Shown here piece by piece: positions 37,230 through 47,619 of a DNA stretch of 64,000 nt. Below the pieces are notes generated by a model. It was not told the origin of the DNA and made no database searches. It saw nothing but the letters and a program-made list of their open reading frames with translations. Position 1 is the stretch's first letter, and each line of letters begins with the position of its first letter. The stretch spans positions 21,540,370 to 21,604,369 of the forward strand of contig NC_057749.1 of assembly GCF_004010195.1 (NCBI RefSeq), in the 5' to 3' direction. Source of the DNA: Chiloscyllium plagiosum. Its lineage: Eukaryota. Position numbers and translations under genes: made by a program.

Positions 37230-38320
37230 ACCTTTAACCCCTTCACTGTCAGGGAAGATTAGCTGAAGTTGCTGGGAATATAGTTCAGAGGGTCCAGGGC
37301 ATGCACAAACATTGAGGAGACCATCCCCAAGATGAGGCAGAAACTGAGCAAATGGGAGTACCCCTCCCTCTTCCTTGTGGGTAGAAACCTGGTCATCAGG
37401 TGGGAGCTCCTCTCAGTGTTGTTGAACGTGGCACAGGTCTGGCCTATCCTTCACAGTCACCTGAGCCATCTTCCACTTCTTCTGGAGGTCAAAGGTGAAC
37501 GGTCCTTGTGGGAAAAATTGGAAAGGAAAACACCTTTGACCATCAGTCCAACAGGAAGTGGTCACCACCTAGTGTCCTCGAGACCCTGTGGAAAAAGGAG
37601 AGGGTGGGTCCTGTCGGGTGGTTCCCCCAAGCAGAGTGTCAGAGTCATTTGGCAGAATGCCTCATCACCAGAACTTTCCAACATGCACCATGACATCGCT
37701 TGGCTGACGGTGAGAGCCTCATGTTTGTCTCTGCACACTGCCCTCAGAGCGGCTGTGGGGTGAGGTAGAGACTGTCACATATCGCCTGCTGGAATGTGTC
37801 TTTGTAAAGGAAGTCTGGAGAGAGAGGCGGTGGTTTTTGTCGAGGGTCATCCTGGGCAGCTAGGTGGCGCCGGACTCTGTGCTCTATGGTCTGTTCCTGG
37901 GACATACACTGAGACAATCATTGACTGCACCAGGAGGATCATCAGCCCATCAAAGACACTCTTTGGTCTGCCCAAAATGTTTTGGTCATCGAGTGGAAAA
38001 ACCTGACCTCAAACATTGCAGACTGGCACATTCCAAGGTCCAGGACTATATTTTGAGGAACACACTAAAGTTTGATGCAGTTGGTGCCAGGGTGCAGTGG
38101 GGAAAGACCTACTGACTGATGTCTTTCTGCCAAAGTGTTACTCCCTTATCTGACTCAGTTGTTGACTCAGTGTATGTAAATCTTGTACTGTATGAGTAAG
38201 AAATGCCTTCGGACTTTGCAACTGCAGGCAATGTCAAATTTCAATGTTTGTTCTTCTTGATATGCATCTGAATGTAAAGTTTTTTTTTATGCATAAAGTA
38301 TATTTTGCATTAAATAAAAG
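37230..38320 (+). mobile_element. Second Tx1-like LINE 3' fragment with internal deletions
   Basis: IWQNASSPELSN.HHDIAWL and SVLYGLF motifs; A-rich end at about 38310. Confidence 0.7.
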
Positions 38321-38479
38321 CAGAGATGTGTACCATTTGCAAGATACCTACTTTAAGGTGTTTTCTTTTGTGGGAGATTTGAGGATCTTGCTGGGAGAAT
38401 CTGAACACCAGCCCAGTTTAGTTTGTGCATTGGTTTATAACCATTTGGAAGAGGCACTGGAGAAACTCATTTAACAACA

Positions 38480-38808
38480 TGAGCTAAAAGCTCCTGGAAG
38501 CATGATATTCCAATCAGAACTCTATCAACAAACACGTCGATTTGGATCCCATCAATCACCCTCTGAGTAAAAGAACAGGAAATGACATCAGCACGGGAAA
38601 TGACACCACCACAGGAAATGATGTCACCAACACAAGGAAACCTAAACACAGAAATAGAATGCAGGCCGTAACATCAGTGCTTCACCGGAGGCTCACTAAC
38701 GACGTTACCCTGCCTGGTGACGAAACATCTGAAAATGAACCTTCCAGCTCAGTGAGCAAACCCACATCCAGAACCTCAACCTGAGCTACAAATCTTCTCC
38801 AAACTTGC
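38480..38808 (+). mobile_element. Penelope family C 3' end, second copy
   Basis: Homologous to 27672-27940 reversed; ggaaatgac repeats; hammerhead remnant at 38693-38732. Confidence 0.8.
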
Positions 38809-39479
38809 AATCAGCTAAACCCATGAGCGCGACCGTCCAGAAGGACAAGGGCAGCAGTTAGACGGGAACACCACTCCCTTCAAAGTCCTCTCCAAGCCAT
38901 TCACCATCCTTGGATGGCATGTTCCTTTTGTGGTCCAAACCCTGGAACTGCCTCCCCACTCACCACGGTGGGGCAGTGTACTCAGCCACTCCATCCACTT
39001 GTCGTTTTCTTTGTGTTAGTCCTCCTCCCACCCCCAACTAACACCTCCTGGAGAGAGGCAGCAGCGGCGGTGGTAGTATTGGGGCTTGTTGGAGGCGTTG
39101 GCGGTCAGCTGGAGGTCCAGTGTGGGGCAATGTTTCGGGGCCTACCCAGGAATCCCGCTGGTGGGTTCCCAGTGCCTGGCGTGCGGACCGTAGGTGAGCT
39201 CCTCCACAGACTAAAGGCCAAGCCCTGCACTGGATGGGGGCTTTGGCGGTTCTGAGATCCTAGGAGTGATCCCCATGCAGCGCTGGAGATCCCCTGACAT
39301 CTGCAGCGGGGTAGAGAGCAGGCAGCCTGAGACATGGAGAGCCAGATTGAACCTGTCTGGGGAGAACATGCCAAAATGGTGGAGGTTGTGCGCTTGTAGG
39401 AAGTATGGTCCCAGCATGGCTAATCGGATAAGAAAGGCTGCGTAATGTATGAACTTTTAGCTTTATTTCTGTGTATTAA

Positions 39480-40317
39480 TAGAATCCCAACAGTGTGGAA
39501 ACAGGCCATTCAGCCCAACAAGCCCACACTGACCCTCCAAAGTGTAGCCCACCCAGACGCATTCCCCTACTTTTACCCCTGACTAATTGTTAGAAACGAA
39601 AATCGCTTCTCAATAATCGCTCTAGACAAATTCAGGAAAACAAAGTTTTATTAACAAGTCAAGTCTGCAGAGTCGGGCACCCTTAAAGAAAAGGCGCGCT
39701 GAGGCTTACAAAGTCTCCATTATTTATAGGACAAGTCCCTCCTCTCCTTGGCTCCAACAAGCCATGAGGTTCACATTCTTAAAAACATCATTATTTTTAT
39801 CACAAAGTCTGCAACAAAAGGCTCCAGAGTCTCCAAAGTTTGTTGTTTTTCTCACCCTGTAGTCTTATCAGTCAAAAGCTTTTTAATCTTGAAACAGATG
39901 TCTCAAGTCGTACTCCCATCCTGGAGTCTTATCAGCGAAGGACTCATCCTTCTCTGCTGTGTGAATGGCTTCATTAATCAAGAGCCTGCATGCTTTTACT
40001 ATAGCTCACAAATTGTCAGCATTCTGCACAATTTAAACTACTCTACTTTTGAGTATATAAAATGGTTGTTAGAAAAGAAACAAAGGTTTTGTCTTTTATT
40101 TTAGATCAGTCTGTGGTCCAGGCACATCTTAAAGTTTAAACCGAAATTACCTCTTACACTAATGCACCTAACTTAGGCATCCCTGAACACTGCAGGCAAT
40201 TGAGCACGGCCAATCAACCCTAACCTGCACATCTTTGGACTGTGGGAGGAAACCGGAGGAAACCTATGTCGACGCAAACTCCACACAGACAATCGCCCGA
40301 GGCTGGAAATCGAACCA
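39480..40317 (-). mobile_element. HE1-like SINE split by a solo LTR
   Basis: SINE sequence ...cccctgactaat | ctaatgcacctaac... is contiguous once 39588-40158 and one ctaat copy are removed. Confidence 0.8.
39588..40158 (-). mobile_element. Solo LTR (571 bp) with 5-bp TSD
   Basis: TGTTAGA...TCTTACA termini; ctaat at 39583-39587 and 40159-40163. TATAAATA and AATAAA read on the minus strand. Confidence 0.85.
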
Positions 40318-40320
40318 TTC

Positions 40321-40522
40321 CAACAGATGAGAGACTTAACAATCCATCAAAGTATTTTTCAATGAATAATTTCAGTTCCATCACACTGTAAACTTTTGCT
40401 ATAAATTCTGTGTCTTACAATTGTGTCCTCCACTACCACCTGATGAAGGAGCGGGGCTCTGAAAGCTAATGCTTCCAATTAAACCTGTTGGACTATAACC
40501 TGGTGTTGTGTGATTTTTAACT
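40321..40522 (+). mobile_element. Penelope family A terminal repeat with hammerhead core
   Basis: CTGATGA at 40440-40446, GGAGC/GCTCT stem, GAAAGCTA. Confidence 0.7.
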
Positions 40523-40662
40523 GCTCAAGGCTAACGAGGGAAGAGGAAGTAAATACTGGTTCAGCCAGCTGTGCCCACCACTGAGTTTTAAAAATGCTTC
40601 CTATTTAACACTTGAGTGATAACACCCACACTGATTGGTCTTCCGACATGATGTGGCTTAAA

Positions 40663-40861
40663 ATTTAACCAGTGACTGTGTCTGCAGTAATCGGATCTCT
40701 ACATGATTACAGTGTCTCAGTATAACTGCAGTACAGAGACATTTCCTCACACCCACTATAGTCCCTCCCACTGCAGGGGGTGCAGCTCAGACTGAAAGGG
40801 AAGGGGGGAGCTGAAGAGTGCTCAGTCTGTCAGGAACTTAACACAGAATCCAGAGCCAGAC
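40663..40861 (+). promoter_or_regulatory. Putative proximal promoter/5'UTR of semaphorin paralog B
   Basis: Directly upstream of ATG 40862. Shared with paralog A except for a 9-bp insertion at 40678-40686. Confidence 0.55.
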
Positions 40862-40946
40862 ATGTCTCTGCTCGGTCTCTTCCTCTCGCTCCTCCTCAGC
40901 AGCGCCTCATCCAGTACCTTACCCCGACTCAAACTGAATCTGACGG
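40862..40946 (+). CDS. sema7a: Semaphorin-7A-like paralog B, exon 1 (signal peptide)
   Basis: MSLLGLFLSLLLSSASSSTLPRLKLNLT+G. Donor G|gtaagt at 40947, phase 1, joins in frame to exon 2 (G+CT=Ala). Symbol is tentative (sema7a-like). Confidence 0.85.
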
Positions 40947-41281
40947 GTAAGTGGGGGCTCCTGACCCCCTCTTCATGGGGAGGGCATTGTGTGTGTTGGG
41001 AGGCTGGTGGTTGTGTGTGTAACCTGAATCTCAGTTTTGCACTTTGATGTGCCGCACTAACAGAAACATTTTTAAAGTCACAGCCACAGCAAGTTATTGT
41101 TAACTTGTGTCTTGAGGTTTTTGAAATCATTTCAGAGAACTAGCTATTGGCGTTTGAGACAAACAATTCAACGATTGGAACTCTGCACAGCTCGCTTTCA
41201 GCTCAATCTAATTTCCTAGCGAATGCCTTGAATGACTGTAGCTCCACCACACTCTCACAGTGCACTCCTGACGTGAATGTG

Positions 41282-42119
41282 TAGCGGCTCAGTGCTTAGC
41301 ACTGCTGCCTCACAGCGCTGGGAACCTGGGTTTGATTCTACCCTCGGGTGACTGCCTGTTGAGTTTGCACATTCTACCCATGTCAGCAAGGGTTTACTCC
41401 CACAGTCATGCGTGCAATTCTGGTCTCCTTCCTATCGGAAAGATGTTGTGAAACTTGAAAGGGTTCAGAAAAGATCGACAAGGATGTTGCCAGGGTTGGA
41501 GGGTTTGACCTATAGGGAGAGGCTGAACAGGCTGGGGCTGTTTTCCCTGGAGTGTTGAAGGCTGAGGGGTGACCTTATAGAGGTTTATAAAATCATGAGG
41601 GGCATGGATAGGGTAAATAGACAAGTTCTTTTCCCTGGGGTGAGGGAGTCCAGAACTAGAAGGCATAGGTTTCGGGTGAGAGGGGAAAGATATAAAAGAG
41701 ACCGAAGGGGCAACTTTTTCACACAGAAGGTGTATATGGAATGAGCTGCCAGATGAAGTGGTGGAGGCTGGTCCAATTGTAACATCTAAAAGGCATCTGG
41801 ATGGGTATATGAATATGAAGGGTTTGGAGCGATATGGGCCGGGTGCTGGCAGGTGGGACTAGATTGGGTTGGGATATCTGGTTGGCATGAACAAGTTGGA
41901 CCTAAGGGTCTGTTTCCGTGCTGTACATCTCTATGACTCTATGTGCAGGTCTGGTCGATTGGCCATGCTGAAATTGTCCATAGTGCCCAGGGATAGAGTA
42001 GGTTAGGCAAATTAGTCATAGTAGATGTGGGGTTGGAGGTCTAGGTAGGTAACTCTTCAGAGGGTTAGCGTGGACTGTATGGGCTGAATGGCCTCCTTCC
42101 ATACTGCAGGGATTCTATG
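41282..42119 (+). mobile_element. HE1-like SINE split by a CR1 3' end (about 41406-41941), in intron 1
   Basis: SINE ...cccacagtc resumes as atgtgcaggtc after the CR1 ctctatgactctatg tail. Confidence 0.8.
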
Positions 42120-42446
42120 AAGACCCAGACCTGATAACACACAGCAAATCCTCACAGAGAGATGGTTATCATTCCTCAGCTCCAATTTCCTTCCATCCCA
42201 CTGCCGTTCAGGATTCTCTCCATCTTTTAGCAACTGCCATTGACATGTCTGAAAAGAGTTTGGTCTGATTCTAAACTCACCCACCTTGGACACTGAATGT
42301 TTGAGTTGGCATTTGGACCTGGGTCTTCTGGCTCAGAGGCTACTGAGAGATCCCCAACTCACTGAATCGCACGGCTGCCTGAGCTATCTCCACAGTCAGT
42401 CTCCATGTCGAAATGAACATGGACGTTGATTTTTTTTTTAAGGAAG

Positions 42447-42763
42447 ACACGGTGGCTCATTGGTTGGCACTGCTGCCTCACAGCACCAGGGTCCCAGGTT
42501 CGATTCCACCCTCTGGCGACTGTCTGTGTGGAGTCTGCACATTCTCTCCGTGTCTGCGTGGGTTTCCTCCGGGTGCTCTGTTTTCCTCCCACAGTCCAAA
42601 GATGTGCAGGTTAGGTGAATTGGCCATGCTAAATTGCCCGTGGTGTTAGGTGCATCATTCAGGGGGAAATGGGTCTGGGTGGGTTGCTGTTCGGAGGGTT
42701 GGTGTGGACTTGTTGGGCCAAAGGGCTCGTTTCCACACTGTAGGGAATCTAATCTAATCTAAT
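42447..42763 (+). mobile_element. HE1-like SINE, intron 1
   Basis: Full head, body and (aatct)n tail. Confidence 0.9.
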
Positions 42764-42839
42764 AAAGCTCGCACTGAGAGCTGTCCAATAAGTAACGTAA
42801 CTGTGTGCAATTCTCCCAACAAACTAATGCTATCTATCC

Positions 42840-43260
42840 GAGTCAGAGAGATGTACAGCATGGAAACAGACCCTTCAGTCCAACTCGTCCATGCCAACCA
42901 GCACTTGGCCCATACCTCTCGAAACCCTTCCTATTCATATACCCATCCAAATGCCTCTTAAATGTTGCAATTGTACCAGCCTCCATCACTTCCTCTGGCA
43001 GCTCATTTCATACACGCCCCTTAGCTTCCTTTTAAATCTTTCCCCTCTCACCCTAAACCAATGCCCTCTAGTTCTGGACTCCCCCACCCCAGGGAAATGA
43101 CCTTGCCTATTTACCTTATCCATGCCCCTCATGATTTTATAAACCTCTATAAGGTCACCCCTCAATGTCCTATGTCCTCTAGTTATGGACTCTCACATCC
43201 CAGGGAAAATACCTTGTCTATTTATTGTATCCATGCCCCTCATGATTTTATAAACCCCTC
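42840..43260 (-). mobile_element. CR1 3' fragments, intron 1
   Basis: Reverse of the same CR1 3' end, with a locally duplicated segment. Confidence 0.75.
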
Positions 43261-43553
43261 AGTGGATTATTGACCTGGTCTGCATTTGGCCCCATGTTGA
43301 GATAACCGCTCCCCCATCACTCATTATCCCAGTGGAGAAACTATAATGGGCACGTTCAGAGAGAGAATGCTTGTGTTAATCTGGGTCTACATGTCGTGTT
43401 TACACGGCATCATCCTCGTTATGGGAAATTGAGCCGTTTCAGCCACTCCTCGAGATCCCATCGCCATGGTTACCATTTCATTCCAATGACAATTTGTCCT
43501 TTTCCCTGCCTTTTGCGTTGATCAATAATCCGTGCTCTTTTCTATCTTTACAG

Positions 43554-43693
43554 CTGAAATTCAAGATCGGTCCCCATTTCGCTCGACTGAGGAATATACA
43601 ACCACGCTCCGTGAGGGAAGCACTGTTTATGTTGGAGGGAAAGAAGTTCTTTACCAGATAGATTTGGAAGAAGCTCCCAGCTCGATAAAAACG
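43554..43693 (+). CDS. sema7a: Semaphorin-7A-like paralog B, exon 2 (start of Sema domain)
   Basis: Acceptor ctcttttctatctttacag|. 140 nt encode (A)EIQDRSPFRSTEEYTTTLREGSTVYVGGKEVLYQIDLEEAPSSIKT, resembling human SEMA7A exon 2 as recalled (QDRVDFGQTEPHT...SSVWVGGRGKVYLFDF...SVRT). Donor ACG|gtacag is weaker; phase 0. Confidence 0.85.
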
Positions 43694-44611
43694 GTACAGT
43701 GGGATCAGCCTGATCTGGAGATGCTAATGTCTTGACCAGATGCCATGGTTGGTAAAATGACAGACAAACTGTAGACAATCCACAGGAGGAGATGAATTGA
43801 ATATATTCGAGGCTGAGTTTGTCAGGTCTTTGATCGACAAGGGGGGGTTCAGGACTATGGGGACATGCAGGAGAATGAAGTTCAGGCCTCAGTCAGATCA
43901 GCCATGATGTTATGAGGGGCAGAAAAGTGAAGAGGGGCTGAATGGCCTACTCCTGTGCCCTATGTCTTGGCTGTTGTCCATCTCCATGTGACTTGTTTTG
44001 AGTTTTGAGTGTGATTTGCTATTAGGAGGAGGAAAGGGGAAATAATCCACTGAATTTCACAGTTCAAACCTCTAATGAAATCCCTCAGCTCTGTGAGCAC
44101 TGAGTTACATTTAAAATTACTGGTAAAGTTCAGGCAGCAACTGTGAAATGATTAAAAATATAGCATTTCAAGTTGATGACATTTCAATAAATTTGAGAAC
44201 CCAGCGTTTCTATTTCCAAATATCAGTGTTCTGCAATTTTTTTGAGCCTCATCCTTACCCTGCTGTAGAAATAGTGTCATGTGAAATGCCTTGTTGCAAA
44301 TATCACTGGTGAGTGGTGTGACCATAGATCACGGAATCCCTACAGTGTGGACTTTCAGGGAACCCACACACATTTGTTATTTTCAGTTTTGTTTCGGCTT
44401 TGTACCTGACAGGAAAGAAACAACATTTCTCCAATATTGGGAAATTGGATTAAAAAGTAGAGGGAGAGTCCACAACGGAAATGCGAAGGGACTGTCAGAT
44501 TGAGCTGGAAGTTTGACAGATGCGTCAAACGCAGCAACCACACACAAGCATCTTGAGGAAGTACTGGGCCCCCTCTATCTTATCTCTCCACGCTTCAGGC
44601 TCTCTGCCTTT

Positions 44612-44647
44612 ATTCCTGATGAAGGGCATTTGCCCGAAACGTCGATT
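44612..44647 (+). ncRNA. Minimal type I hammerhead ribozyme motif (family B, intact core), sense orientation in intron 2
   Basis: CUGAUGA (44616-44622)-A-GGGC(AUUU)GCCC-GAAAC-GUC-GA; palindromic ACGU in place of stem III; stem I weak. Activity untested. Confidence 0.6.
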
Positions 44648-44846
44648 TTGCCTGTCCTCGGATGCTGCCTGAATTGCTGTGCTCTTCCAGCACCACTAAT
44701 CCAGAATCTGGTTTCAAGCATCTGCAGTCATTGTTTTTACCCCTCTATCTCTGTCTGGCACACAATTCTCCAATTTCTGTTTCCGTCAGGAATCAAATAT
44801 GAATTCTTCCAAATGCGTGACCTAGTGGTGACCATAAGTGCTTGTA

Positions 44847-45190
44847 CAGAGGAACCTCAATTATCCGAATACCAATTATCCGAAAAACGGATTATCTGAA
44901 GGAGATCTCGAGGTCCTGATAGAAACATTATATCAAAGAGGTGTTTCCAGTGGTGATCGCGTCTTTTGTTTAGAGTAATTAAACAGGTACCATCTCCAAA
45001 TGACTGACCTCCCGCCCTCTCTCTCTCTCCCCACACTTTCCCTGGAGTTCTACAGAGGTGTGTACCCTAACCTCCTGCCCCTTCCAACTCCGGGCCCCAG
45101 AGGAAAAGCATTTATTCGATTAACCGAATAATCGATTATCCGAACGAACTAGTGCCCACCCACCTCGTCCGGATAATTGAGGTTCCCCTG
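44847..45190. mobile_element. pogo/Tigger-type (Tc1/mariner superfamily) MITE, 344 bp
   Basis: TA|CAGAGGAACCTCAATTATCCG ... CGGATAATTGAGGTTCCCCTG|TA: 21-bp TIR with 1 mismatch, TA duplication, repeated subterminal ATTATCCGAA motifs. Confidence 0.9.
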
Positions 45191-45606
45191 TATTTATGTT
45201 ACATCTCCAGGACAATAAGGAATTGGCTTGGGACTTGTCTTTGGGGAGACAGTAGCAATGTGATTGTGCTCATAATTCAGAATTGTAAGCCAGTGTCCAG
45301 TCCATTATTTAAATGGAGAAAAATGGCAGACTTGGGGGCTGTGGGATCGTGTTCAAATAATGACCGAAGTTGGTGAGTGGTGAAAATGGCCTCTTTATTC
45401 AGCTACCGCAGTAGCACAGTTCAAGGCAGCAATGGAATCCCAAAGTACAGCTCTTACAGTTGCCTCTTTATCTACCATTCTTATATACGTTAAAATTCCA
45501 TCACTGTGGTGTTACATTGTTTTATCTATAATACCCAAAGGTTTCAGGAAGCAGGAGATGGCCTACACATTTGCTAAGTGCTGGCTGGTATTCCTGATAA
45601 GATTAA

Positions 45607-45873
45607 GGCAGCACAGTGGCTCAGTGGTTAGCATTGCTGCCTCACAGCACTAGGGTCCCAGGTTTAATTCCAGCCTCGGGCGACTGTCTGTGTGGAGTTT
45701 GCACATTCTCCCTGTGTCTGTGTGGGTTAGGTGAATTGGCCATGCTAAATTGCCCCATAGTGGTAGGTCTGTTAGTCAGAGGGAAATAGGTTTAGGTGGG
45801 TTACTCTTCAGAGGGTCGGTGTGGACTGGTTGGGCCAAAGAGCCTGTTTCCACACTGTAGGGAATCTAATCTA
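45607..45873 (+). mobile_element. HE1-like SINE, internally deleted
   Basis: Head and tail present. Confidence 0.85.
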
Positions 45874-46168
45874 AGAGTTTCTGTCCAGTCTGCTTACATA
45901 ATTAAGAGACGTTAATCCTTTTGTCTTTTAAGTTAGTAATAATACTCGGCCTAGATACTCTAAAGAGGTTAGAAATTTTGCTTGTATTTAATAGAAGAGT
46001 AAACGATGTTAAACTGATTACTGCAGCTGGGTCAAGAGATTTGTTTACTATTTGCCGGTGTGAGTTCATTCATTCATGCAGTTTCACCGAAGTGCTGTTT
46101 TGTCAGTTAAGGGCCTAGTGGCCCTGTTTAAAGATATTCAACAAGTACATTAACCATTTGGTGTTCTG

Positions 46169-47290
46169 TGTAATGATGCTGCTCCTTTAACAATGCTATG
46201 GTGTCCTTGGCTTTTTCTCGTAATTCAAACTGTTTCATTTCTGTTGCCCTTTCCTTTCCTTAACTCAATCTGCTTCATTTTCAGTTGAATTTTAGCTCTC
46301 TCTAAAGATTCTGGTGGCGTCTCCAGCAAATTTGAATGCTGAGCTATTGCTGTAATTATCTCTCCTTTACTCATGGAAGGAGGCAGCTCCAAGCCCAGCC
46401 TGTCTGTTAATCCCAGCAGCTTGGCCTTAATCACCTTTTACAAAACCCCCAAGGTCACCCCTTCCATCCCCAGAAAACTCGTGGTGACTGGAAGAGGCAT
46501 TGATATCCCAAACATCATTTAAACCAATCGAATTCAACACCCGGGACAAAAGACACTAACACCCACCACTTGCTGCCTTTGACTCCAACAATCCCAATCC
46601 CAATTTGGAACTATAGAACAAATCCCGCAAAGAGCCCTCAATCTGTTATGTACCAGGCCAGACTCCCTCAAAACATTTCAAGAAATAGCCCAGACCCTAA
46701 CTTTGCTTGTTGTTTTAAGTTGATGTAACGCGGATATTCCAGGAGTGATGCAGCTGACCCAACCACTTAGTTTTCAACAAAACAGAATTTATTAACAAGA
46801 TTACTGAATGAAACACAAACAAATGGTACCAAATAACTTAACTGATCTGAAAACTCAACAAATTATACCAACTTAATGATGCTGTTCCAAATACTTGCAA
46901 CAATCCCCATAAACACCTCTTGGCACAAAACACAGGATCTTACAGGAGCGAGAGAGAGAGAGAGAGAGATGGCAGAGAGATTCCGCAGGGAACACCTTCT
47001 TCCATCGAGCTGTTTCTTGGGTCAGCAGCTTCACTGACTGACTGCCTTTCAGTGAACAGCCAGACTGCTAAAACCAAACCAAACCTGAGCTGGGAGAACT
47101 GACCATTCCCCTATCATTGTACAAGTGGCTTTTTTTTAAAACTTAAAAGCCTTTTGCCTGAGGTGGTAACTGTTAGCTATAATCAAATCGGCCCTAAACC
47201 CCAGACTTTTTGGAGTCTATGTCTTTTATGACCTCTCTGAAAACAAAGCCAAGGACAACATAACCTTGTTAAAGGAGCAGCATTGTCACA
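46169..47290 (-). mobile_element. Gypsy-like LTR retrotransposon remnant: LTR 47290-46644, degenerate tRNA-Pro PBS, gag N-terminus, then an inverted piece of the LTR start
   Basis: LTR TGTGACA...ATAACA on -. PBS-like TGAGGGCTCTTTGCGGGAT follows it. ORF 46225-46434 KAKLLGLTDRLGLELP...KGEIITAIAQH looks gag-like. 46169-46215 is an inverted copy of 47243-47290. Confidence 0.75.
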
Positions 47291-47619
47291 CCTGTAATCT
47301 ATTCAGGTTGAGGGGTATGGTATTGTTTATAAAACGGACACTTATTCAGAGGTGGCTTTTGATGGCTTGATAAGGGTTAAAGTCGGTTGAAAGGTCGGTT
47401 TTCATTTTCGTCAATATTGTAATAGTAAGATATACTGCAAAACCACGGTTTTATGATTGAAAGTAAGGAGTTATGAATGAATTAAATGGGAATGAGATGT
47501 TATTAAATATAGACTCTTGGGAGTGGGTTAGAGGCCTATAATACAATATCTCACAGGGTACTGTGTACAAAACACAGAAAGCTAGCTCACAGGTACAGCA
47601 GCAGGAAATCAGGAAGGTT

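Noticed and set aside
43694..43735. Read-through of exon 2 ORF to a stop (VQWDQPDLEMLMS)
   Set aside because: More simply intron sequence after the phase-0 donor at the conserved semaphorin intron position; no evidence for a truncated isoform.
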